A DNA stretch of 16,109 nucleotides from Candidatus Heimdallarchaeota archaeon (GCA_030668875.1 DAOVER010000058.1:1-16109), one strand, 5' to 3'. Shown: positions 7,020 to 15,219, numbered from the stretch's first letter. A program made the numbers and translations. Notes: a model not told the origin generated them from the sequence alone.

Positions 7020-8182
7020 GTTACCATTTTTTGAAAAGTTTCCTCGTATTTATCCAGAATTTTTACGACTTCTGACTCCCAATTAAATTGGATTGTATAA
7101 GCGTCTTTTGCCCTTTTCTTCATCTTATTTAGTTTTGTTTGATTTTCATAGAGAGATATTATTGCTCTTGCAATTTCCTCTGGAGAAGTAGCATCAATGA
7201 GAACCCCTATATCTTCAAAACCAGTTATAGCTTTTTGTAATCCTTCAAAATTTGAACCAATGAAGGGAACACCTGCTGAACAGTATTCATATAATCTGTT
7301 TGGCATTCGAAGGAAATTATTTTTTCCTGGTTGGAAAAGAATTAGACCTATATCACAGGATCTCATGATAGACAAAGCTTCCTTGTAATCCATCCAACCT
7401 GTAAGGATGAAATAGTCTCCAAGATTTCTTTCATGAATGTCCATTTTCATAGGTTTATAAGCAGCACCAGACCCCATAACTAAGAATTCAATATCACTGC
7501 TTGGTATTTTCTCTCGAATAATCTCAACTGCATCTACAGTTTTATCATACCCTAGGTTACTGTACATTACACCAAAGTGGACAATACGGAATTTTTTTGT
7601 TCTTTTTAAATCATTGGGGATCTCTAACTTGTGTGCTACTTCTATATCAGTTTTAGAAGGATAGTTGGCAATCCAAGAACTTTGAACACCATACTTTCTT
7701 TGTAAATTATCTGAATATGTTTCTCCAGCGGTTACAATTCCATGAACTTTTTTGATATAGAACCTTTCTAACCAAGTATAAGCCCATAAAGCTAGAAAAC
7801 CAAAAGTTTCAGACATTTGTTCTGGAAAATTTTCGTGACTATCATATATCATTATCTTGCTATTTTTTGATAACTTCCCAGAAAGAGGAAGAACATTAAG
7901 GTCATGAAAATGAATAATGTCAAACTGCTGCTTACCAATCATCTTTCTAACATTTTTCCAAAACTCGAAATATTTGAAAAAGATCTTCTTGGTGCTTGGA
8001 ACTCTTAAGATTGTATAACCATCCCGCTTTTCATTTTTAGATAATTTACCAGTTTTATCTATACCTATTACAGTTACTTGATGTCCTTGTTCACTAAGAA
8101 ATCTTGCTTCCTTTTCAACTCTAACATCAGGAGCAACTGTGCTTAAAACCACCATTAAAATATTCCAAGGTTTTTGAGCCAT
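7016..8182 (-). CDS. Glycosyltransferase, GT4 family (GT-B fold)
   Basis: N-terminal 'DVRVEKEARFLSEQGHQVTVIG', 'IIHFHD', and C-terminal 'PNRLYEYCSAGVPFIGS' donor-binding motif. Confidence 0.9.
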   Translation of the reverse strand: MAQKPWNILMVVLSTVAPDVRVEKEARFLSEQGHQVTVIGIDKTGKLSKNEKRDGYTILRVPSTKKIFFKYFEFWKNVRKMIGKQQFDIIHFHDLNVLPLSGKLSKNSKIMIYDSHENFPEQMSETFGFLALWAYTWLERFYIKKVHGIVTAGETYSDNLQRKYGVQSSWIANYPSKTDIEVAHKLEIPNDLKRTKKFRIVHFGVMYSNLGYDKTVDAVEIIREKIPSSDIEFLVMGSGAAYKPMKMDIHERNLGDYFILTGWMDYKEALSIMRSCDIGLILFQPGKNNFLRMPNRLYEYCSAGVPFIGSNFEGLQKAITGFEDIGVLIDATSPEEIARAIISLYENQTKLNKMKKRAKDAYTIQFNWESEVVKILDKYEETFQKMVT

Positions 8183-8294
8183 GAAATTTGTTCAAATTGT
8201 ATATTTATCAAATTTGTGTATTGTAAGAAGTTGAACTAAATTTCCTAAGTTCACGCACGACTAATGTTATATATTATTCTGCTTGAGTAAGGCT

Positions 8295-9590
8295 ATGAGT
8301 GACGATATCTTATTCCCAAAAGGTTTTTTGTGGGGATCAGCTATTTCTGCTTATCAAACTGAAGGTGGAAATTATTCTAACGACTGGTTTGAACATGAAC
8401 AGAAAAAAGATCAAATTAGAAATAATGACAGATGTGGAGTAGCATGCAATCATTATAATTTATTTGAATCAGATCACAAGCTCATAAGCAAATATGGACA
8501 GAATGCTCTCCGAACTGGAATTGAATGGAGCAGGATTATGCCTTCTGAAAATGAAGTCAATAAAGATGAAATTGAGCATTATCATAAAGTCATTGAGTCT
8601 TTAGAACGTAATAAACTTACCAGTTTCATAAATATTCACCATTTTACAGTTCCTTTGTGGTTTTCATTAAAGGGGGGTTTCCTGAAGAAAAAAAACCTGA
8701 AGTTTTTTGAAAAATATTGTGAAATATTAAGTAAAAATTTTCCTGAAGTAAAATATTGGAATACTATAAACGAACCTAACGTTTTTGCATCTATGTATTA
8801 TTTGTATGCTGAAGGACCTCCCTCCAAGCAATCCTTGATAGCATTTCTTAAAGGAACTCGAAATATTCTACACGCTCATGCTATTGCTTACCATAAAATC
8901 AAAGAATACAATCCAAAAAGCTTAGTTGGAATAGTAAAAAACCTTCCGTATTTTATACAAAAAGAAGAAGGAAAGACATGGGCAAAAATCGTCGCAAAAA
9001 TAGCTGATAAATTATTTAATCAAGTAACTCTTGATATGCTCAGAACTGGTAAAGATCCATTTATCCCTTTTGTGAAGAAGAAATGGCTTAAGGATACATC
9101 TGATTTCATTGGTTTCAATTATTACAGTGTTGCAAATTTCGTTCATAAACGTGGAAAATTTGTTGATTTAGAGATGAAACTACCAAACGATAAACAAGTG
9201 ACACAAATGGATTGGGGAGTATATCCATTAGGGCTTTACAAGGGTTTAATGAGAGTTCACAAGGAATTGAAAATTCCTATATATGTAACAGAGAACGGTC
9301 TAGCAACTTTAGATGATGATTTTAGACAAGAATACATTCTAAAGCACCTTATTCAAGTGAAAAGAGCAATTGATGATGGTGCAGATATAGGAGGTTTCTT
9401 CTACTGGGGAGCATTCGATAATTTTGAGTGGAATGAAGGATTTGAACCTCGATTTGGTTTAATTGGAATTGACTACAAAACTCAAGAGAGAATCATTAAA
9501 CCAGCTACTAAAATGTACGGAAAAATAGCTAAGTCAAATAAGATTACAGTTGAGTTATTGGAAAAATTTGATTTGTCAAGATCTAAGTAA
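8295..9590 (+). CDS. Glycoside hydrolase family 1 (beta-glucosidase/beta-glycosidase)
   Basis: 'FLWGSAISAYQTEG', 'RTGIEWSRI', acid/base 'TINEP', nucleophile 'VTENG', 'DNFEWNEG'. ATG at 8295 preferred over TTG at 8283. Confidence 0.95.
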   Translation: MSDDILFPKGFLWGSAISAYQTEGGNYSNDWFEHEQKKDQIRNNDRCGVACNHYNLFESDHKLISKYGQNALRTGIEWSRIMPSENEVNKDEIEHYHKVIESLERNKLTSFINIHHFTVPLWFSLKGGFLKKKNLKFFEKYCEILSKNFPEVKYWNTINEPNVFASMYYLYAEGPPSKQSLIAFLKGTRNILHAHAIAYHKIKEYNPKSLVGIVKNLPYFIQKEEGKTWAKIVAKIADKLFNQVTLDMLRTGKDPFIPFVKKKWLKDTSDFIGFNYYSVANFVHKRGKFVDLEMKLPNDKQVTQMDWGVYPLGLYKGLMRVHKELKIPIYVTENGLATLDDDFRQEYILKHLIQVKRAIDDGADIGGFFYWGAFDNFEWNEGFEPRFGLIGIDYKTQERIIKPATKMYGKIAKSNKITVELLEKFDLSRSK

Positions 9591-9672
9591 TGGTTGAAGA
9601 AGAAAATTTTCTAGTAATAAAGGAAATTTTGAAATAAACAAAGATTAAATAAATCACAAGCGTCAGTATTAT

Positions 9673-9948
9673 TTGAAGTTAGGTGTCAACTGGTTGTATC
9701 AGAAGTATGTTCAATCTTTCATTGATAGCTGCAAGAAAGATAATTCGTTTGTTGTAATGCTAAAATGGGACACAATGGAAGAAGCTCATGAAAAGATAAA
9801 ACAAAAATGCATACTTATTCAATCTGTTGGTAATCTAATTGAGAAATATCAATTTGGTAAAACGCTCCTTTCATACTACAAGACAGGGAAAATTATGCTC
9901 ACTGAAGTAGACCACATTGAAACTGTGCTAGAAAAATTATTCGATTAG
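9673..9948 (+). CDS. Small hypothetical protein resembling the C-terminal extension domain of ThiF/MoeB-like proteins
   Basis: Pattern 'SCKKDNSFVV ... LLSYYKTGKIML ... IETVLEKLF' resembles that small alpha/beta domain; 9 bp upstream of the iscS-like gene. The start may instead be TTG at 9694, behind an AGGTG RBS. Confidence 0.55.
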   Translation: MKLGVNWLYQKYVQSFIDSCKKDNSFVVMLKWDTMEEAHEKIKQKCILIQSVGNLIEKYQFGKTLLSYYKTGKIMLTEVDHIETVLEKLFD

Positions 9949-9957
9949 GTAAAAAAT

Positions 9958-11169
9958 ATGTCAGAAATAGAGAAGTTGCTTGACCAGCATGGAAAAGCAA
10001 TAACTGAAGTCTACCTTGATTGGGAAAATGGGTCAAAAATAGAAAGAGAAGTATTAGACGCAATGATACCTTTTTATCTAGATAGGAAATTTGGCAATCC
10101 TGCAATAACTCACCGTTTTGGGTGGGAAACCTATGATTTCTATATAGGAGCAAAAAAAACAATTGCAAAACCTCTCAATATTAATCCTCAATCACTTGCT
10201 ATTACTCAAAGTTTTACAGAATCAAACAATCTTGCAATACAGGGAATTGTTCGGGCAAATAAGAAAAAGAAAAAAATCATTCTCTCAGAAGTAGAACATC
10301 TTAGTGTTATTCATGCAGCTAAATCTCTTTATGATATAGGTGTAGAAGTAGAGGTTATACCTGTCTCAAATGATGGAGTAGTTAATACAGACATTCTTCA
10401 AGAGAAACTAGATGATGAAACATTACTAACAAGTATACAAACTGTCAACCACGAAATTGGAACTATTCAACCAGTTAAGGAAGCCTTTGAAATTGTTAAA
10501 GATAAAAATGAAGACATCATATTTCATACAGATGCTACATCTGCATTTGGAAGATTACCTTTAGATTATAGCAAATTAGAAGTAGATCTAGCAACTATAA
10601 GTAGTGATAGGATTCTTGGGCCAAAAGGAATTGCAGGTTTATATGTAAAAGAAGGAATTAAGATAAGACCTCTCTATGAAGGTCAATTGAGTGTAGAAAT
10701 TCTATCACCTGATGTGGAAAATTCCCCACTATTAGCAGGTTTTGCTAAAGCAGTAGAATTACAATTTGAAAAGTTTGATGAGATAAATGCAGAGACTTCT
10801 AGACTTAGAGATAAATTATTATATGGTTTTCAAACAACAATTCCTCGGACAGATATCAATGGTCCTCAAGGAAACAACAGAGTATCTGATAATGTAAATA
10901 TAAGCTTCCTTGGATGTGAAGGAGAAGCTCTAACAGTAGAAAGTAGCATGAACGGAATTTATGCTTCAAGTGGAAGTGCTTGTACAAGTAGAGTATTAAT
11001 GCCAAGTCATATCCTCACAGCAATTGGAAGGAAACCAGAAGAAGCTCATGGAAGCTTATTGATGAAGCTAACACGCTTAAATACCGAAGAGGAAATTGAA
11101 TATGTCCTTGAAACAATGCCAAAGGTAATCGAAAGAATAAGGTCGATTACAGGCGGAATATCATTATAA
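9958..11169 (+). CDS. iscS: IscS/NifS-like cysteine desulfurase homolog, probably catalytically inactive (PLP Lys replaced by Arg)
   Basis: Class-V PLP fold motifs 'FGNP', 'TESNNLAI', 'EHLSV', 'NHEIGTIQP', 'HTDA', 'GPKG', 'SSGSAC(342)TS', 'PSHIL'. The canonical SGHK/SSHK reads SSDR (R218, codon AGG at 10609-10611). Confidence 0.9.
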   Translation: MSEIEKLLDQHGKAITEVYLDWENGSKIEREVLDAMIPFYLDRKFGNPAITHRFGWETYDFYIGAKKTIAKPLNINPQSLAITQSFTESNNLAIQGIVRANKKKKKIILSEVEHLSVIHAAKSLYDIGVEVEVIPVSNDGVVNTDILQEKLDDETLLTSIQTVNHEIGTIQPVKEAFEIVKDKNEDIIFHTDATSAFGRLPLDYSKLEVDLATISSDRILGPKGIAGLYVKEGIKIRPLYEGQLSVEILSPDVENSPLLAGFAKAVELQFEKFDEINAETSRLRDKLLYGFQTTIPRTDINGPQGNNRVSDNVNISFLGCEGEALTVESSMNGIYASSGSACTSRVLMPSHILTAIGRKPEEAHGSLLMKLTRLNTEEEIEYVLETMPKVIERIRSITGGISL

Positions 11170-11181
11170 GGAAGAGAAAAA

Positions 11182-11679
11182 ATGTCAAGCAGAATACCTC
11201 TACCATACGCTCCTCGGGTATTAGAATTATTCCAAAACCCAAAAAATCTAGGAAGAATGGAAGATGCAACAATTGTTGCATCAGCTGGAAGTCCAGCATG
11301 CGGAGATATGATCGCGTTTTATCTTAAAATTAATGATAATGATACAATCACAAAATCAAGTTTTGAATCATATGGTTGTGCGTCCAACATAGCAGCTGCA
11401 AGTCAACTGACAATTATGATAGAGAATAAAACATTGGAGGAAGCTTGGAATTTCACTTGGAACGATGTCTCTGAGGCTTTAGGGGGACTTCCAAGTGTAA
11501 AAACTCACTGTGGGAGTTTAGCAGTAGGAGCTTTGAGAAGAGCAATTAGACAATATTATAAAGAAGTTGCAAAAACCTCACCTGAGTGGCTTCCAGGGGT
11601 TCTAACAAAAGATGAAAAACACGCTTTAGAAGAAGAAGCTTTAGCTGAAAAGCTTGGTAAAAAATACAAATTAATCTAA
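11182..11679 (+). CDS. iscU: IscU/NifU-type Fe-S scaffold with C-terminal extension
   Basis: 'NPKNLG', 'AC(40)GD(42)', 'GC(66)A', 'LPSVKTH(109)C(110)': all cluster ligands present; 12 bp downstream of iscS-like. Confidence 0.95.
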   Translation: MSSRIPLPYAPRVLELFQNPKNLGRMEDATIVASAGSPACGDMIAFYLKINDNDTITKSSFESYGCASNIAAASQLTIMIENKTLEEAWNFTWNDVSEALGGLPSVKTHCGSLAVGALRRAIRQYYKEVAKTSPEWLPGVLTKDEKHALEEEALAEKLGKKYKLI

Positions 11680-11757
11680 GTTGCGATTTTCTGTTTTCTC
11701 ATACTTATCATGTAGATGGTTAATTGACTACGTTGTAATGCAATAAAAATTAATTAG

Positions 11758-11811
11758 CAAAGATTTTTAACCTTGAATGTAATTATGAGTATAGTAAAAA
11801 AATAAAAGGTG
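11758..11811 (+). promoter_or_regulatory. BRE/TATA candidate and RBS for the 68-aa membrane protein
   Basis: CAAAGA-TTTTTAA at 11758-11770; AGGTG at 11807-11811, 6 nt before ATG 11818. Confidence 0.5.
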
Positions 11812-11817
11812 TAATAA

Positions 11818-12024
11818 ATGAGTAAAGTATGGTCGATCTTACAAGCTATTTTTGGACTTTTGTTAGTATGGGTTTTACTAGATTATGCAGTTAGTGCAAC
11901 ATCTTTATGGGTTTCTGAATTTCTAGCAGACCTTGGTGGTTTCTTAGGACCACTAGCAATAGTAGCTTACTTAGCTGCTTTAATATTCATATTTGAATTT
12001 GTTAAAGGTTTAACAGCAGAGTAG
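11818..12024 (+). CDS. Small two-TM membrane protein of unknown function
   Basis: 68 aa, two hydrophobic stretches, own promoter/RBS and downstream T-tract. Confidence 0.7.
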   Translation: MSKVWSILQAIFGLLLVWVLLDYAVSATSLWVSEFLADLGGFLGPLAIVAYLAALIFIFEFVKGLTAE

Positions 12025-12037
12025 AAATAGCACACTC

Positions 12038-12053
12038 TTTTTTTCTTTTTTTT
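12038..12053 (+). terminator. Oligo-T archaeal terminator candidate
   Basis: TTTTTTTCTTTTTTTT 13 nt after stop 12024, between convergent genes. Confidence 0.6.
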
Positions 12054-12077
12054 CAATGGAATAGCGCTACTTATTTT

Positions 12078-13034
12078 CTATCCAGTTGCAAAAGATAGAA
12101 GAACAGATCCTCCAACAATTATCGCTACACCTATCACTTGAGGCATTTTGATTTTCTCTTTAAGAAATAAGTATCCAAATAACAAAACAAAGAATGGTGA
12201 AATCGAAGAAAGAGGTGTGCTTATAGCTGTATCAATCCACATATTTCCAATAACAGTGAAAAAAGACACTCCACCTATACACCATGAAACCACCCCTCCA
12301 CCCATTAAAATGCCTAATTCTTTAAAGTGAATATTTTTAAGCATTTTAAGACCTCTATTCTTAATCAATGATGAAATTAATGCGAAAACAAGAGCCACTA
12401 CAACCATTATACCATTTCGAACACCCATCATTGGTATAACTTCTACATCTGTTCCCTCTAACAATCTTCTAGTGAAAAATATTGTACCTCCCCAGAAAAC
12501 TGCGGCAATTAGAGCTAAGATTATCCCTAAGATAAACGATTTCTGGTTCTCAGTTTCACTTGATTCTACTTTAGTTTCTTTTTCCATTTCATTATTGTTT
12601 CTTGAAAAAAAGGTAATTGTCGCTACACCAATTGCAATAAGAATTGCCCCCACTATGATCTCCCAACTTATCACTTCTGTTCCTGTAATTACAAGAAGTA
12701 AAATTGTAACAAAAGGATAAATTGTAGTAATCGGTTGAGAAATGGAAACATCAATCTTTTTCAGAGAAAACAAAGAAAAGAAGTCACCAAGAGCAATAAA
12801 AATAGCTGATAAAATTAACCATAGAAGATTTTCCCCAAGAAATGGTTGAGCTAAAGAACTTGGCGTATAGAAGATAAGTCCAATTATTAGTAATATTGGA
12901 ACAGCTAATAATCCTTTTACATACGTCGCGGTTAAAGGATCGGTGTTTTTCACTCCAACTTTGAATATTACCATGCCTGTACCCCAGGCAAGAGCTGCAG
13001 TAAAAGACAAAATGATTCCTAACGCAACTGACAT
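12078..13034 (-). CDS. DMT/EamA-family transporter
   Basis: About 10 TM, two EamA repeats: 'ALAWGTGMVIFK', 'SLKKIDVSISQPITTIYP', 'AVFWGGTIFFTR', 'PLSSISPFFVLLFGYLFLKEKI'. ATG at 13034 preferred. Confidence 0.9.
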   Translation of the reverse strand: MSVALGIILSFTAALAWGTGMVIFKVGVKNTDPLTATYVKGLLAVPILLIIGLIFYTPSSLAQPFLGENLLWLILSAIFIALGDFFSLFSLKKIDVSISQPITTIYPFVTILLLVITGTEVISWEIIVGAILIAIGVATITFFSRNNNEMEKETKVESSETENQKSFILGIILALIAAVFWGGTIFFTRRLLEGTDVEVIPMMGVRNGIMVVVALVFALISSLIKNRGLKMLKNIHFKELGILMGGGVVSWCIGGVSFFTVIGNMWIDTAISTPLSSISPFFVLLFGYLFLKEKIKMPQVIGVAIIVGGSVLLSFATG

Positions 13035-13155
13035 CAACTTCGGCTTATTGCGTGAGTAAAAAAAGTTTGTTACAAATACAAAATATGTACTAGTTTGTTA
13101 TCAATCAGAACAATAGTTTTTTAATTAGTTCTTCAACTTACAATTGGTTATAATA

Positions 13156-13494
13156 ATGAGCAGTAATATTCCAATAAAAGTAGAACGTAAAGAAGGTATG
13201 GAAAGTTATTATGCTGAAAGCATTCAAATGGTTCATTCTATTGCTGGATTCAAGCTTATTGTTTTCAAGGATAAGGCAGAATATGCATTAGATCCAAGTG
13301 TTGGACCAAGTGCTTTAATTCCAAGATCAATAGTAAAGGAGATTATCACAGAAATTAATTTTTCTCCTCAACAACTAAAAATACTTTCCAAAGTTCTAAA
13401 TGATCAATTGAAAGCATATGAATCTCGATTCGGCACAGTAGCTTTACCTGAACAAACTAAGAAAACAGACAATTCTTCAGCAAGTTTCATCTAG
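13156..13494 (+). CDS. DUF3467-like protein
   Basis: 'YYAESIQMVHS...FKL' and 'INFSPQQLKILSKVLNDQLKAYESRFGTV' fit the DUF3467 pattern (SP-x-x-x-K-x-L...YE-x-x-FG). ATG at 13156 preferred. Confidence 0.7.
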   Translation: MSSNIPIKVERKEGMESYYAESIQMVHSIAGFKLIVFKDKAEYALDPSVGPSALIPRSIVKEIITEINFSPQQLKILSKVLNDQLKAYESRFGTVALPEQTKKTDNSSASFI

Positions 13495-13513
13495 TATTGG
13501 GGAATGAACTTAG

Positions 13514-13897
13514 CTATTCTCCGTTTTTCTCTATTGTATCAATTGTAGAAAGAAGATCGTCTAGACTAAAGGGCTTTCTTAAGAAATGAGGAATGCCTAA
13601 TTCTTTTACTTGATCTTTTGTTATAGTATCATCAGCTGTCGCAATTATTATTTGATTTTTCAGAAGAGGAGATATCTCAATGATTCTTTTAGCAACTTCA
13701 AGACCAGATTTTTCTGGGATCCTATTGTCGATGAGGAAAACTATGTCTTCAATTTTTTCTTTTAATTCTTCGATTTTATCGATAGCAACTGAACCGCTGG
13801 AAGCTATACCTTCAATTTCGATACCTTCTCTTTCAAATAATATTTTGTAAAGATTACTGATATCCTTTTCATCTTCAATAATGTAAACCTTCTTCAT
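13514..13897 (-). CDS. Single-domain response regulator (CheY-like receiver)
   Basis: 'YIIEDE', phospho-Asp in 'FLIDNRIP', 'SGLEV', 'IATAD', 'LRKPF'. Confidence 0.92.
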   Translation of the reverse strand: MKKVYIIEDEKDISNLYKILFEREGIEIEGIASSGSVAIDKIEELKEKIEDIVFLIDNRIPEKSGLEVAKRIIEISPLLKNQIIIATADDTITKDQVKELGIPHFLRKPFSLDDLLSTIDTIEKNGE

Positions 13898-14104
13898 TTT
13901 AACCCCTAATTCTTAAGTTATACTTAATTTAAGCCCTCGCTATTAAATATTTCGCATTTGACTAATTCTCTATTATTATGCTCTAAAGCCATTAGAACAC
14001 ATATTAAAGAGTAATATACGGAAATATAGAATAGTCTAAACATGTGAATAGATAATCTTAATATATTACCTTAAAAGCACTTACTAAGAAGTTGAAGTGA
14101 TATT

Positions 14105-14413
14105 ATGGTAAATGTTCCAACTGATGAGGCTGTAAATTTCAGGTATGATATCGTTACTGTGATAAAAAATTCTGAAATAACAAAAGAAAATCGAAGAGAG
14201 TTTTCAGCAAAAGTGAAAGATCATATCATAAAAGACTGTATAGGTGATAGTCTGGCAATAACAGGAATGAAAGGGATGCTGAAAGTACATTGGCATGCAG
14301 ATATACCAGATGATGTTCTGAAAGTCTTGGAACAATATGGAGAAGTTGTATCTCATGAAGTAGAAGACATGAAAGAACAATATGAAGCTTTCAAAGCTAA
14401 AAAAGCAAACTGA
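14105..14413 (+). CDS. Stand-alone protein resembling the middle domain of FakA/DAK2-DegV proteins
   Basis: 'IGDSLAITG...LKVHWHADIPDDVLKVLEQYGEV...VEDMKEQ' follows the FakA/YloV middle-domain pattern GDSL-x-V-x-G...VKVHVH-x-x-x-P-x-x-VL...YG...I-E-N-M-x-x-Q. Confidence 0.7.
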   Translation: MVNVPTDEAVNFRYDIVTVIKNSEITKENRREFSAKVKDHIIKDCIGDSLAITGMKGMLKVHWHADIPDDVLKVLEQYGEVVSHEVEDMKEQYEAFKAKKAN

Positions 14414-14424
14414 TGATTTAAACA

Positions 14425-14808
14425 ATGTCGAGGATCTTTTTATCATATAACCGATGTAGTGATTGTGGTAAATGCTGTTTCGATTGTGAATTTCTTGACA
14501 GAGAATATGGATGTACTAATCACACATTTAGGCTATCAACAAGATGTGCTTCTTTTCCAATACTTTTCGGTACTCCATCTCTGATGGGTCACAGAGATGA
14601 TAAACTAAGTGATAGAATCTCTAATGAAGAAACAAAAGTGTGGTTTATTTATAATTATCCTGAATGTGTTCTTCAACAAGACGAAATTTTATTTAATAAT
14701 TTACGATGGATTTTAGATGATATAAATAGTGGACAAAACATCTCTTTTTTTCATGTACAACTTGAAGAAAGCGAATTATCGTTAGAAAACAAGAAGCAAA
14801 AATACTAA
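14425..14808 (+). CDS. YkgJ-like (CxxCxxCC) cysteine-cluster protein
   Basis: 'CSDCGKCC', 'CEFLD...GC...R..C..FP' and a late 'PEC': 8 Cys in total; 11 bp downstream of the previous gene. Confidence 0.7.
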   Translation: MSRIFLSYNRCSDCGKCCFDCEFLDREYGCTNHTFRLSTRCASFPILFGTPSLMGHRDDKLSDRISNEETKVWFIYNYPECVLQQDEILFNNLRWILDDINSGQNISFFHVQLEESELSLENKKQKY

Positions 14809-15132
14809 TTACTCTTCGATTTCTGGTTTTTTGTCTTGCTTCTGCTGTTCTTCTTCTGCTAGAACTTCTCTGACGTCAGTTCTTAGGTTTTTGAAAAGAG
14901 GAATGATGATAATTATAATTACAACAAGTGTTAGGAAGATACCTAATAATATCCACGGAGTTTCTAGGATTCCTAAACCTTTATTCAGATCTATCATACT
15001 GAAAACAGCTGAAACAGTCCAGACAATAAAAATGGTACCTAAAAGAAGAATGTTTCGAAGTTTTCTTAATTTACTTATAGATCCTTGATTTCTATTTTGT
15101 TCTACTTCTTCCTTCTTCTCTTCTACTGTCAT
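14809..15132 (-). CDS. Hypothetical two-TM membrane protein
   Basis: 107 aa, two hydrophobic segments flanked by charged termini. Confidence 0.65.
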   Translation of the reverse strand: MTVEEKKEEVEQNRNQGSISKLRKLRNILLLGTIFIVWTVSAVFSMIDLNKGLGILETPWILLGIFLTLVVIIIIIIPLFKNLRTDVREVLAEEEQQKQDKKPEIEE

Positions 15133-15210
15133 ACAGTCAATGAGACGAACTTCTCTTCTTAACCTTTTTCATGAATGATTTTTTTGTACAAAATTTAAAA
15201 AGTTTGGGTC

Positions 15211-15219
15211 TTTTTATAA
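15211..15219 (+). promoter_or_regulatory. TATA-box candidate for tnpB (leaderless-type spacing)
   Basis: TTTTTATAA ending 22 nt before ATG 15241. Confidence 0.4.

Noticed and set aside
7197-12720. Track ORFs 7197-7388, 9899-10168, 12148-12330 and 12472-12720
   Set aside because: Antisense to GT4, iscS-like and EamA genes.
9601-13927. Short palindromes AGAAAATTTTCT (9601-9612) and TTAAGT-N3-ACTTAA (13913-13927)
   Set aside because: Almost purely A/T and expected by chance at this composition.
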